A DNA stretch of 64,000 nt from Macrostomum lignano (taxonomy: Eukaryota): assembly GCA_002269645.1 (NCBI GenBank), contig NIVC01003703.1:17744-81743 (forward strand), given 5' to 3'. The first letter of the stretch is position 1; every line of letters begins with the position of its first letter. Both the position numbers and the translations under genes were made by a program. This document shows, piece after piece, positions 50,050-64,000 of this stretch. The notes beneath the pieces were generated by a model. It had not been told where the DNA came from. It made no database searches and saw only the letters and a list, made by a program, of their open reading frames with translations.

Positions 50050-51070
50050 AGCCGTTCCGGCTGCCGAGCGCCAGGTCCTGGCCGACCTGGAGGTGCCCGC
50101 CGAAGCCGTGACGCTGCGCGACCGCCTCGGCGTTGGTCAGTTCGGCGAAGTCCGCCTCGTCGACTGGCGGCCCGCGCCAGCCTCCGCTCCGGTGCCGGCT
50201 GCCGCGAAGATTCTGCGACCGGACGCCGGCGCCCAGGCTCGGCGCGACTTCCGCCGGGAGACTCGGCTGCTGGCGCGCCTGCGCGATCCCAACATTGTCC
50301 GCCTGCTGGCCGTGGTGTCCGAGTCGATGGCCAACGGTGACGGTACGACGACGGCGACGGCGAGACGGCGACAAACGATGCTGCTGGTTGAGTTCGCGGA
50401 GTTCGGCGACCTGCATCAGCTGCTGCTGCGCCGGACACCGGCCGAGGCCTTGGACAGCCCGGCCAAGTGCCACGGCTGCCTGGTGCACCTGGCCAGTCAG
50501 GTTGCCAGCGGCATGAAGTACTTGGAGGCCATGCAGGTTGCCCACCGGGATCTGGCCTGTCGCAACTGCCTGCTGGGCGCCGGCTGCCAGGTGAAAATCT
50601 GCGACTTTGGCATGTCCAGGCCGCTGTACTCGGCCAGCTACTGCCGGGTGAACGTCGCCGGCGACGGCGCGTCCAACGCCGGGGCGACTGTCGCCCTGCC
50701 AGTCCGCTGGATGTCCTGGGAGGCGGCTCTGCACGGCCGGTTCTCCAGTCGTAGCGACGCCTGGAGCTTCGCCGTGCTCCTGTGGGAGCTGCTGACCTTC
50801 TGCCGGGAGCTGCCGCTGGCTCAGCTCACCGACCAGCAGGTGGTTGAGAACTGCCGCCGGGTCATGGATGGCGAGCAGAGCGCGCTGCGACCGTCCAGAC
50901 CGACGGACTGCCAGCGGGAGCTGTACGACCTCATGAGCGAGTGCTGGCAGCGGGACGAGAGCCGGCGGCCGCGGTTCCGCGAGATGCACCTGTTCTTGAG
51001 GCGCAAGTGCATCGGCTTCTGCGCCGAGACAGACTGGCTGATGCGACACCTGACTCTGGCGGACGGCTGA
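33418..51070 (+). CDS. DDR: Discoidin domain receptor tyrosine kinase; exons 33418-33487, 36467-36587, 37197-37350, 40683-40790, 41486-42164, 48237-49358, 49953-51070 (~1123 aa)
   Basis: Signal peptide [23 protein letters not shown]. Discoidin domain ([20 protein letters not shown]) and DS-like domain (YDG...[28 protein letters not shown]). TM segment [25 protein letters not shown] followed by RRRR. Kinase [35 protein letters not shown]. All six introns are GT-AG with matching phases (1,2,0,0,1,1), and the 3372-nt total is in frame. Confidence 0.92.
33520..34228. repeat. 14-bp minisatellite GGGTATCGGGACTC in DDR intron 1
   Basis: About 50 almost perfectly identical units. Confidence 0.95.
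35995..36455. repeat. 9-bp-based TGTACACCC repeat abutting the DDR exon 2 acceptor
   Basis: Visible tandem units with higher-order variants. Confidence 0.9.
36731..36918 (+). mobile_element. tRNA-derived SINE, copy 1 (3'-truncated), in DDR intron 2
   Basis: A-box-like TAGCCTAGTGGTT and B-box-like GGTTCGATTC, followed by the core GTGTCCTTGAGCAAGACACTT...CAGCTGTAAAATGGGTGCCAGCATT. This core is shared with the copies at 39551-39884 and 57447-57672. Confidence 0.8.
37375..37730. repeat. 43-bp tandem repeat GATAATTCCCCCGATAGTGGTGTTTTATTCCCCCGGCAAAAGT
   Basis: About 8 units starting just after the DDR exon 3 donor. Confidence 0.9.
38964..39550 (+). mobile_element. Internally deleted P-element-like (THAP) DNA transposon, 587 bp
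   Basis: Perfect 51-bp inverted repeats at 38971-39021 and 39491-39541, with related outer termini CAAGGA.. / ..TCCTAG. Exact 8-bp TSD AATCATAA at 38956-38963 and 39551-39558. Contains a THAP ORF. Confidence 0.85.
39170..39540 (+). CDS. THAP zinc-finger-only ORF inside the mini P-like element; exons 39170-39301 and 39397-39540 (91 aa)
   Basis: [10 protein letters not shown]...VFGFPKE...AWLNALP...GVCKNHWP gives C-x4-C-x42-C-x2-H with the conserved FP and W of THAP. Phase-0 intron AAG|GTAATT...CTGTAG|AAG. The stop codon lies inside the right TIR. Confidence 0.7.
39551..39884 (-). mobile_element. tRNA-derived SINE, copy 2 (full length, with an (ATGATT)n-like tail), in DDR intron 3
   Basis: Reverse-complement match to copy 1 across the head and core, extending into a 3' body and a simple-repeat tail. 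The tail continues at 38941-38963 on the other side of the P-like insertion. Confidence 0.85.
40795..41310. repeat. 10-bp minisatellite GGGTTCACCT in DDR intron 4
   Basis: Begins directly at the donor GTGAGTTCACCT. Confidence 0.9.
42170..42745. repeat. 8/16-bp GATCCTCT / GATCCTCTGCTGCTCT repeat in DDR intron 5
   Basis: Mixed unit lengths. Confidence 0.9.
42752..42990. repeat. 33-bp tandem repeat TTCCCCTCAAGTAGGGACGCTACCACTCTCCGA
   Basis: About 7 units, directly adjacent to the previous array. Confidence 0.9.
44872..45035. repeat. Diverged ~53-bp triple repeat (GGCCAAGGACTACT...GAAACTTGCTCAGATT)
   Basis: Three related units. Confidence 0.7.
45990..47095. repeat. 30-bp minisatellite TGAGAGGATTTCAGAATGGGGAATTCTATT
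   Basis: About 36 units with variants. Confidence 0.95.
47800..48230. repeat. Hexamer CTCATG/CTCATA repeat abutting the DDR exon 6 acceptor
   Basis: Visible hexamer repeats. Confidence 0.9.
49410..49855. repeat. 22-bp two-block minisatellite (GCACACAGGGAGACTGTAGATT, then GCACACAAGGACACAGTAGATT)
   Basis: About 10 units of each variant, in DDR intron 6. Confidence 0.9.
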
Positions 51071-51114
51071 GCATGAAGGAGAGGCGTATCTATGACATAG
51101 TGGGATGATAAAGG

Positions 51115-51665
51115 GTTATTTCTAAGGGTACCTGAGCATATTGAAAAAACGGGTATGTCTAAGGTAGGGTACCTGTGTACAATGACTAAGGGGTATTTCT
51201 AAGGGTACCTGAGTACAATCACTAAGGGGCATTTCTAAGGGTACCTAAGTACAATCACTAAGGGATATTTCTAAGGGTACCCGAGTACAATCACTAAGGG
51301 GCATTTCTAAGGGTACCCGAGTACAATCACTAAGGGGCATTTCTAAGGGTACCTGAGTACAATCACTAAGGGGTATTTCTAAGGGTACCTGAATACAATC
51401 ACTAAGGGGCATTTCTAAGGGTACCTGAGTACAATCACTAAGGGATATTTCTAAGGGTACCTGAGTACAATCACTAAGGGGTATTTCTAAGGGTACCTGA
51501 ATACAGTCACTAAGGGGAATTTCTAAGGGTACCTGAGTACAATCACTAAGGGGTATTTCTAAGGGTACCTGAGTACAATCACTAAGGGGTATTTTTAAGG
51601 GTACCTGAGCAAATAGAAAAAAGCGGGTATTTCTAAGGGTACCTGAGCATAATGTCGAAGGGGTA
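51115..51665. repeat. 36-bp minisatellite CTAAGGGTACCTGAGTACAATCACTAAGGGGYATTT
   Basis: Tandem units downstream of the DDR stop codon. Confidence 0.9.
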
Positions 51666-52404
51666 TTTCAATTTGTAACCTAAGCATGATGATACATGTG
51701 CATGCGTAAGTACAAGTACTCTTTTGAAGTACATGTAGATTACCGAGCATGAATAACAAAGGTGTTATTTCTTAAGAGCTTTTACACGCGATGATAATGT
51801 AAATTACTTGTATTTTATGTACCTGAACATGATGTCAAAGGTGTAGTTCTCTAGTATAGATTGGTATGAGGATGTCCCGGCAAACACTGTCTGTTCAGTC
51901 ATTCCAGAGTCGCTAGTCAGATGTCTTAAATAAGGCAGCCTGGAAGAGATTAATGCAGCCATGCAATTTACTTGCGCTATTAACTTTGTGATTCTGATTG
52001 TTCCACCATGACAAAATGATGTACACAATTTATGCACACTCTTAATTTCATAATTCTACCTGACATTTAAAAAAATTGGTAAAAAACAATTACAGAAATT
52101 TTCCGTTGTAAATCTGAAATTTATTGTCTTTTTGTTCAAACTGTTTCCATATCATCTTACTAGCAGTAGACGCTATTGAAAATTGTTGTACCTGTCTGGA
52201 TTTTTTTGTTAATTATGCTCGCAACTTTCCGGAGTAATTCGAAGCAATCTTGTGACTATAATTATCTGCGTCTCGCGTTTCTATGCGCAGAGCAATGCAA
52301 TAAATTTGCGGCAAGTTGGGTGCGACTTGTCACCGCTAGTGCACTGCAAAATCGCTGATTTTGGGTTTTTCTTCAGCATAATAATTTTATACTTAAACAT
52401 ATTC

Positions 52405-52600
52405 TCATACCTGAGCATGTTCTCACACATGAGCATGTTCTCATGTCTAAGCATGTTCTCATACCTGAGCATGTTCTCACACATGAGCATGTTCTCATGT
52501 CTAAGCATGTTCTCATACCTGAGCATGTTCTCACACATGACCATGTTCTCATACCTGAGTATGTTCTCATACCTGAGCATGTTCTCATGCCTGAGCATCT
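52405..52600. repeat. 18-bp minisatellite CTCATACCTGAGCATGTT
   Basis: About 10 units. Confidence 0.85.
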
Positions 52601-53193
52601 TCAGACTACGAGCCATTAATTCAACACTATTGTCAATAGCCCTTCTCAGCCATCCATAATTTATATGTGTGCAATAAATAGAAACAAGAAAGCTTAAACA
52701 AGCAACAGACCTGGCTAAACAAAAAAACAGACGATTCAATATGGAACCTTTTGCCATCGGAGCTCTTTTGCTCTCTCGCTCCGGTTCCGAAGCGAGGTGG
52801 AGTGAGCTCAGTGAGTGAGCACAAACACACAGGGCGCAATCCTAGAATTCAGGATCCTGCTTTCTGATAAGAAGGCTTCATACCGTACTTCATTTTTTCT
52901 CCCCCCCCCTCTAACCCGCGGGTTTTACAATTGTCGCTGCCCGCGTGTTAGTTACTTATTATTTCTGCCAAAATTGCCCGTGACGAAGTTCTCAAAAGCT
53001 ATTTTTAGACAATAGAACGAGGATCGTACAGAGGAGAGGGGTGAATTAAGCTCAAAGCCTGAGGCTGAGTGCTGAGTTTCACAAGCCCCATTGTACCTCT
53101 CATGCATAAAAACAAACCAGGGCAGATAAACAGCATTCAAGAAGCGTAATAGTGCTGTCCGCAGGCTGCCTTGAGAATTCATAGCCGAACAGG

Positions 53194-56597
<3,404 letters not shown>

Positions 56598-57446
56598 CCT
56601 CATAGACGCAGTGCTGTTTGAAATCTAAAAAAATTGACCAGGCCTACATTTTACTAAGTAGCATGTTTAGTATATAACACTATTTTTTGTACAAAATGAA
56701 ATCACAGGAGATTCAGTCTGTTTAGACCGTCTGTGCTTCCGTGTCGCGGCCACTTTTATGCCTAGCAGCTTGTTACCGCTCTTTAACATTTTACATATAC
56801 AAGCGTATGCAGTTTTATTAGCTGATTTTCAGCGCGACAACCAAATTAATTGCGCAGTACGCAGTAGAGAGCGGTAAATTTTTTACTTGTGAACATATAA
56901 TCCGCATCATTTTCTGATAATTATACTAGGTGTAAAAAATATAATTTTACCGATGCCAAACTCACTGTGAAGTGAAGTGCCACTTTTAGCGGCATACCGT
57001 GATGTTTTAAAATTTATGACCGAGGGCCTGGACCAAAGATCGTGCCATTTTGAAGGCCTGTTTCCTGGAAAAAATACACTGCGGAGATAGGAAAATTACT
57101 TTTTTCATCACAAAATCAATTATTTTATTTGATCTATTCTTTAAATTCTTTAGTTAATTTAGCATATACAGCGCATGTTACGAGCTACTAAAAATGAAAA
57201 AATGTTCATAATGTTCTTAACAATCTTCACTGCCCAGATCAAATGCAATCGTTGATTTTATAGCTTAGAAAGAAAGGCCTCCAAAAGTGCACGATCATAG
57301 TTTGACATTTTATACTACGAGTACAGTGGTCCTTGTTTATGACCTTGCGTGGTTTAGATTACTGGTTTGATTACGCTAAGAACTCGGTATGCCTTGCTAG
57401 GATATCGTTGGGATATGTTCCTTGGGTGAATTTAGTATTAAATAAT

Positions 57447-57672
57447 GGGCTCACGACTGAAAAGTCGGGGTTCGATTCTCGACCCAACTCGGAACAATTT
57501 GTGTCCTTGAGCAAGACACTTAGCTCTGCATTGCTTCAGTTCACCCAGCTGTAAAATGGGTGCCAGCATTAGCTGTGGTAATTGAGGGTGGCGACCCCCC
57601 CCCTCCCCCCGGTCCTTGGACTGAACAGCCGTACGCAGCCTTCAGATGCGCCGCACAATGGCTGCGGCTGAG
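57447..57672 (+). mobile_element. tRNA-derived SINE, copy 3 (5'-truncated)
   Basis: Shares CTCACGACTGAAA.GTCGGGGTTCGATTC, the GTGTCCTTGAGCAAGACACTT core and the CAGCCGTACGCAGCCTTCAGATGCGCCGC 3' body with copy 2. Confidence 0.8.
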
Positions 57673-58934
57673 TTTCCATTGAAGCAGATTAAACCACATC
57701 TCCCTATGTATAGTGAAGCTGGCCTCCCATCAGACAGTTACCAGATTTAGGCTAGGAAAAGCTCGAAATTCCCATTTCAACTAAGACTTTTGAAGCTCTG
57801 CTCTTGGAGCACGGGGAATTTCATGGCCTGCAACTCTACAGGTGAGAGACTGGCCAAGCCAGCTCATGCAGTGTTGATCCTGCCTTCGATGCTTTCGCTT
57901 TTCTCACTGTCTCCCTCTTTGCTCTGCTGTCTCTGTTCTTTGTCGTTCTTCTTTCAATTGCCACACACGTAGTTTTTGCGCGACGAGCCAGCGCTTCATT
58001 GCCTGCGCATAGCAACCCCCCCCCCGCCGCTGCCATGCTGTGGAACTCGCAGCCAGTAATACTGGGCAAACACTGATTCTCTTTGTAGGCGAGACTTCAA
58101 GCAAGAATTGTATAAAAATGCTATCTGTACTCTACCGAAACTGCAACACTCCTATAGCTATGAATTGAGTGGAATTCATTTTATGTTAGTTCATAGCTGC
58201 AATTTTAGAATTGGAAATGGTGAGTTACGATAAAATATCTTGCTATTAAATGATTTGGGCATTGCATGTGCTCAATTAGACTCGTTGAATTTCAGGTTAA
58301 GACCGTGCTCAAATCCGAAATACCCCCTTCGCAATGCAGATAAGAGTCAGATAGCAGTGTTGCGCATGGACAGCTGTACGATTTTCAACTAAATAAGTAA
58401 CTGAAAAAGAATTGCGTTTTTTATCGCATAGAGCTACTGAATCCGCAGAAGAATAGCAAATTAGTATTGCCTCGGATTATTTATTAGCTGATGGGAAGAT
58501 TATGGAGAGCATAGAGGAGTGGCAGAGGAAGAGAGGTTGGGACAGAGAGAGAGGCTACAGCTCCCTGCAGACCAATAGCAGTTTAGACTTCAAGGCCTTG
58601 CACGTGCCTTGACTGTACACTGTTCTTGTTGTTGGGCGGAGACTATACTCAGCCTGCCAGCACGGAGTGTGCGCTTATTGCTCATGCGGACACTGAAGTT
58701 TCTCAGTGCAGCGACCGAGGTACAGTGCCGGATCAATACCACTGGCTGTACAGTTACTGATGGCGACTACGAGGGGGGATTTTTCAGTCTTTGCGACAGC
58801 TATAGAATAGTATAGCGTTGCTCCTCCTCCCAATGCGGTTAGCGCCGCCAGCCAGCTAACTGAATTGGCGTTTGGGGAAGCCTTGGAATAGCTACGCTCG
58901 TATTTGGTATCAAGTTCATCCATCTCTGTCGGCC

Positions 58935-59028
58935 TATATAAGGACCCGGCTTTTAATTAGCTGCTCTAATACTTTTTCATCTCTACTCCCAGTCGCGGCC
59001 CTCACAAGCAGCTCATACAGGCGTAAGT
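58935..59028 (+). promoter_or_regulatory. Putative TATA box and non-coding first exon of the GLIPR2-like gene
   Basis: TATATAA at 58935-58941, an ATG-free stretch, a consensus donor GTAAGT at 59023, and an acceptor at 59650 just upstream of the ATG at 59663. Confidence 0.5.
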
Positions 59029-59134
59029 GACCGAAATTTAATTTATTTTGGGTTTGTGTCAAATTATTTGATTGAATTCTATTGATTTTTTTGGATTTGA
59101 GTAGTCGAGTATTTATGAGTGAGGCTCACTGTCC

Positions 59135-59585
59135 CTCGGTTTGAGTATCGCATGTAGAGTTACCTCTCGGTTTGAGTGCCACATGTAGAGTTACCTCTCG
59201 GTTTGAGTATCGCGTGAAGAGTTACCTCTCGGTTTGAGTATCGCGTGAAGAGTTACCTCTCGGTTTGAGTATCGCGTGAAGAGTTACCTCTCGGTTTGAG
59301 TATCGCATGTAGAGTTACCTCTCGGTTTGAGTATCGCATGAAGAGTTACCTCTCGGTTTGAGTATCGCGTGAAGAGTTACCTCTCGGTTTGAGTATCGCA
59401 TGTAGAGTTACCTCTCGGTTTGAGTATCGCGTGAAGAGTTACCTCTCGGTTTGAGTATCGCATGAAGAGTTACCTCTCGGTTTGAGTATCGCATGTAGAG
59501 TTACCTCTCGGTTTGAGTATCGCATGAAGAGTTACCTCTCGGTTTGAGTACCGCATGTAGAGTTACCTCTCGGTTTGAGTATCAT
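59135..59585. repeat. 31-bp minisatellite GTTACCTCTCGGTTTGAGTATCGCRTGWAGA
   Basis: About 14 units in the putative first intron of the GLIPR2-like gene. Confidence 0.92.
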
Positions 59586-59662
59586 GTGGGCACTTGACAT
59601 CTCACTTTTATTATCACATCGCCTTCCACCTGGTACTTTCCAATATGCAGACCAAAGCCAGG

Positions 59663-62223
59663 ATGGAGCAGTTCATCAAGGAGATCCTGGACTCGCACAA
59701 TGCTTACCGGAAGCGGCACCAGGCGCCGGCTCTGCGACTCAGCCAGGACCTGACCGAGTCCGCCCAGAGCTGGGCTGAGCATATTGCCGGCAACGACAAG
59801 CTGGAGCACGATACCCAGTGCCAGAAGGACAAAATTGGCGAGAATGTGGCCATGAAGTACAGCTCCGTACACAGCGACTTTCCGGGTTAGTTAACCTGCG
59901 CTGATAGCTACTAACAATAGTAGAGTGTGTGCTAGATTCATATGACTTTCTATGCGAGCAATGTTACCATTCTCAGGCAACCTGTTTACCGACTATTGGT
60001 ACCGAGAAATTGAGGACTACAATTTTGAGGGGAATGTCGAGGACCAGATTCAGTGCGGTGAGTGCTCGGAGGCTGGGAGGGAGGATCTGGGAGGGCGGAA
60101 GAGACCCAGCAACTGAGGATCTGGTAGGCTGGCCCAACAACTAAGGATCTGGGAGGCTGGCCCAGAAACTGAGGATCTGGGATGTTGGCGGTAGTCCAGA
60201 AACTGAGGATCTGGGATGTTGGCGGTAGTCCAGAAACTGAGGATCTGGGATGTTGGCGGTGGTCCAGAAACTGAGGATCTGGGATGTTGGCGGTGGTCAA
60301 GAAACTGAGGATCTGGGATGTTGGCGGTGGTCCAGAAACTGAGGATCTGGGATGTTGGCGGTGGTCCAGAAACTGAGGATCTGGGAGGTTGGCGGTGGTC
60401 CAGAAACTGAGGATCTGGGATGTTGGCGGTGGTCCAGAAACTGAGGATCTGGGATGTTGGCGGTGGTCAAGAAACTGAGGATCTGGGATGTTGGCGGTGG
60501 TCCAAAAACTGAGGATCTGGGATGTTGGCGGTGGTCCAGAAACTGAGGATCTGGGAGGTTGGCGGTGGGATGGTGTCACATTTAATCACAACCGGCTGCT
60601 CTCCATTCTTACGACAGGCCACTTCACCCAGGTGGTGTGGAAAGCCTCAGAGGAGGTCGGCTTTGGCCGGGCCGTGTCCAAATCTGGCCGAGTGTACGTG
60701 GTTAGCCGCTACCGGCCGGCCGGAAATTACATGGGCGAGTTCGGCAAGAACGTCCTGCCGCCGGCTGATGGCAAGATCGTGCTGCCCGAGACGGAACAGG
60801 GTTAGTGCGGTCAGCCTGTTGGCTGTCAGCAGTGAACCAGCATTGTTCCCCTCTCAGCATCCCCTATACTCTCTCAGCATCCCTATCCCCTCTCAGCATC
60901 CCCTATCCCCTCTCAGCATCCCCTATCCCTCTCAGCATCCCCTATCCCCTCTCAGCATCCCCTATCCCCTCTCAGCATCCCCTATCCCCTCTCAGCATCC
61001 CTTTCCCCTCTCAGCATCCCCTATCCCCTCTTAGCATCCCCTATCCCCTCTCAGCATCCCCTTTCCCCTCTCAGCATCCCCTATCCCCTCTTAGCATCCC
61101 CTATCCCCTCTCAGCATCCCCTATCCCTTCTTAGCATCCCCTATCCCTCTCAGCATCCCCTATCCCCTCTCAGCATCCTTCAGCCTCTCAACATCCCCTA
61201 TCCCCTCTTAGCATCCCCTATCCCTCTCAGCATCCCCTATCCCCTCTCAGCATCCCCTATCCCCTCTCAGCATCCCCTATCCCCTCTCAGCATCCCTATC
61301 CCCTGTCAGCATCCCCTATCCCCTCTCAGCATCCCCTATCCCCTCTCAGCATCCCCTATCCCTCTCAGCATCCCCTATCCTCTCTCAGCATCCCCTATCC
61401 CCTCTCAGCATCCCCTATCCCCTCTCAGCATCCCCTATCCCTCTCAGCATCCCCTATCCCCTCTCAGCATCCCCTATCCCTCTCAGCATCACCTATCCCT
61501 CTCAGCATCCCCTATCCCTCTCAGCATCCCCTATCCCCTCTCAGCATCCCCTATCCCTCTCAGCATCCCCTATCCCCTCTCAGCATCCCCTATCCCCTCT
61601 CAGCATCCCCTATCCCCTCTCAGCATCCCCTATCCCCTCTCAGCATCCCCTATCCCCTCTCAGCATCCCCTATCCCCTCTCAGCATCCCCTATCCCCTCT
61701 CAGCATCCCCTATCCCCTCTCAGCATCCCCTATCCCCTCTCAGCATCCCCTATCCCCTCTCAGCATCCCCTATCCTCTCTCAGCATCCCCTATCCCCTCT
61801 CAGCATCCCCTATCCCCTCTCAGCATCCCCTATCCCCTCTCAGCATCCCCTATCCCCTCTTAGCATCCCCTATCCCCTCTCAGCATCCCCTATCCCCTCT
61901 CAGCATCCTTCAGCCTCTCAACATCCCCTATCCCCTCTCAGCATCCTTCAGCCTCTCAACATCGCACTATTTAGACGAAACACTGCGCAGCCCGAAAATC
62001 CAACTGAATTCCCCGAGCAGGAAAAACTGCTCCAATGCCCGGCGCCAAGCTGGAGGCTGTGATTGGGCCCAATGACCCTGCCGATCAGCTGGTGGGCACC
62101 CGGATGTCTACAAAGACTTCCGGAAACAAAAAGACAGTGATGCACACGGAGACCTATCGCACTCCAGAGGGCAACACCTACACTAAGGAGCGAGAGACAA
62201 CCAGCACTGTGCAAGATGAATAA
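59663..62223 (+). CDS. GLIPR2: GLIPR2/GAPR-1-like CAP (SCP) domain protein; coding exons 59663-59885, 59977-60057, 60618-60800, 62021-62223 (~229 aa)
   Basis: CAP motifs [54 protein letters not shown]. All introns are phase 1 GT-AG and the 690-nt total is in frame. The last exon is T/S-rich ([20 protein letters not shown]). Confidence 0.88.
60105..60565. repeat. 34-bp minisatellite CCAGAAACTGAGGATCTGGGATGTTGGCGGTGGT
   Basis: Tandem units in a GLIPR2 intron. Confidence 0.92.
60848..61960. repeat. 20-bp minisatellite CAGCATCCCCTATCCCCTCT
   Basis: About 55 units in the last GLIPR2 intron. Confidence 0.95.
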
Positions 62224-62539
62224 AGGCAATTTGGCAACCATACTGATTCAAGAGTATTTGTCATTTAAATTGGCGCCGAAAATTTGTTAGAAGTTAACCA
62301 GCTTATTTTGGCATGGGCGATGCTGACTATTATATTGGATAAAATTTCCTACATAAAATTACTTTACTATAGTATACGAGCTAGAAACCGCTTTTACTGC
62401 CTTGCTTTTTACCTAGATATTTTTCGTAGCCAAAATATTGATTATGGCTTAGTCTACATCAGTCAATTGGCCTTTCAATAGAGTTAGGATTTTTACCATA
62501 AACTGTTAAAATACGTATAGGATTCATTTAGTGTGTATC

Positions 62540-63135
62540 TAAGGTGTGGTTAGAGTTTAAGTTAGGGTTTAGGTTAAGGTTTAGGTTAGGGTTTAGGTTA
62601 GGATAAATTTTTAGTTTAGGGTTTAGGTTTAGGTTAGGGTTTATGCTAGGGTTTATGCTAGGGTTTAGGTTAGGGCTTAGGTTAGGATAAATTTTTAGTT
62701 TAGGGTTTAGGTTTAGGTTAGGGTTTAGGTTTAGGTTAGGTTTAGGTTTAGGTTAGGGTTTAGGTTTAGGTTAGGGTTAGGTTTAGGTTAGGGTTTAGGT
62801 TTAGGTTAGGGTTTAGGTTTAGGTTAGGGTTTAGGTTTAGGTTAGGGTTTAGGTTTAGGTTAGGATAAATTTTTAGTTTAGGGTTTAGGTTTAGGTTAGG
62901 GTTTAGGTTTAGGTTAGGGTTTAGGTTTAGGTTAGGGTTTAGGTTTAGGTTAGGGTTTAAGTTCAGGTTAGGGTTTAGGTTCAGGTTAGGGTTTAGGTTT
63001 AGATAAAGGTTTAGGTTTAGATAAGGGTTTAGGTTTAGATAAGGGTTTAGGTTTAGATAAGGGTTTAGGTTTAGGTTAGGGTTTAGGTTTAGATAAGGGT
63101 TTAGGTTTAGGTTAGGCTTTAGGTTAGGATTGGGG
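62540..63135 (+). repeat. Telomere-like array of TTAGGG/TTTAGG (18-bp unit GGTTAGGGTTTAGGTTTA)
   Basis: G-rich strand is +; three GATAAATTTTTAGTTT interruptions. Confidence 0.85.
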
Positions 63136-63774
63136 TCGGCAGTGTGGCTGACAGTAAATTGCCGCAGACCCATATTTTAATTTTGTGTCTAGTTTAGGTT
63201 TTTTCAAATTTTATTTATTTATTTTATTCCAACTGCACGAATATAATCCTTATTTATATGTGCTTTTTTAGTGGCCTTGCTTTGATGATGTACCTTTCAG
63301 TAATTAAGTTTGTATGAGGTGTGAAATCTACTCTTATTCCCACGCAGATATGGCAACGATTAGGATTTCCGATATTCGCAACGAATCGCTTACCAACTGA
63401 CTCTCTGCCAAGTTTTCCACCCGTTTATCTCTATTATTGCTCCGATGTAAAACTGTTTATCACCGACAAACATTTTTTCTTTGCGTTCCAGCTAAATAGA
63501 ACTGCTAGTAGTCTTTTGATTGATAGCTAATATTTTAACTCTGCAAGCTCAGCAATTAGTTGCAAAAAATAAATATGACTGTCACAAGTTTATTGCTTAG
63601 TGGCTGCTATCTTAAAACTGTGAAATTATCATGACATTGTGAGCAGTTGTGTTATTGATCTTATTGGCCTTAGCACTAGCAATTTAATATACAATAATTA
63701 ATATGCAATTTATTATGCACTAATTTCCGGAGCACGAGAGTTTCCTACAGCCGAGTTTCCTGTGAAATATTCCC

Positions 63775-64000
63775 CAGGAGGGTTTCCCCATATGAGGCTT
63801 TCTTCGTAGGAGGGTTTCCCCGCAGGGAGGGTTTCCCCGCAGGGAGGGTTTCCCCGCAGGGAGGGTTTCTCGGCAGGGAGGTTTCTCGGCAGGGAGGGTT
63901 TCTCGGCAGGGAGGGTTTCTCGGCAGGGAGGGTTTCTCGGCAGGGAGGGTTTCTCGGCAGGGAGGGTTTCTCGGCAGGGAGGTTTCTCGGCAGGGAGGGT
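63775..64000. repeat. 17-bp minisatellite GGGAGGGTTTCTCGGCA (runs off the window end)
   Basis: Tandem units. Confidence 0.9.

Noticed and set aside
61975-62020. Alternative GLIPR2 last-exon acceptors at 61974 and 61990
   Set aside because: They lead to early stops or an uncharacteristic peptide, whereas 62020 opens the T/S-rich frame to 62223.

Overview
Eukaryotic (metazoan) genomic DNA, not prokaryotic. It has GC-rich spliced exons separated by introns packed with unrelated minisatellites, a pattern that suggests the flatworm Macrostomum lignano or a relative (inference only). I reconstructed eight genes by hand from GT-AG sites with matching intron phases: the 3' part of a GKAP/DLGAP-family gene (+), a temptin-like gene (-), a TOX/TOX4-like HMG-box gene (-), and then five co-oriented + strand genes. 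These are RCC1, an ankyrin-repeat/MAP3K19-like kinase fusion, a 7-exon discoidin domain receptor (DDR), a Src-family kinase with one frame break, and a GLIPR2/GAPR-1-like CAP protein. Mobile DNA includes three copies of a tRNA-derived SINE, a 587-bp mini P-element-like transposon, a 275-bp MITE and a Helitron-like element. The mini P-like element has 8-bp TSDs, 51-bp TIRs and an intact spliced THAP-only ORF, and it is nested in a SINE tail inside a DDR intron. About 13.1-20.8 kb is an AT-rich, CpG-poor, TpA-rich domain. More than 30 tandem arrays explain most of the long ORFs in the supplied track. No rRNA, bona fide tRNA or CRISPR array was found. All family assignments come from motif recall; no database searches were run.
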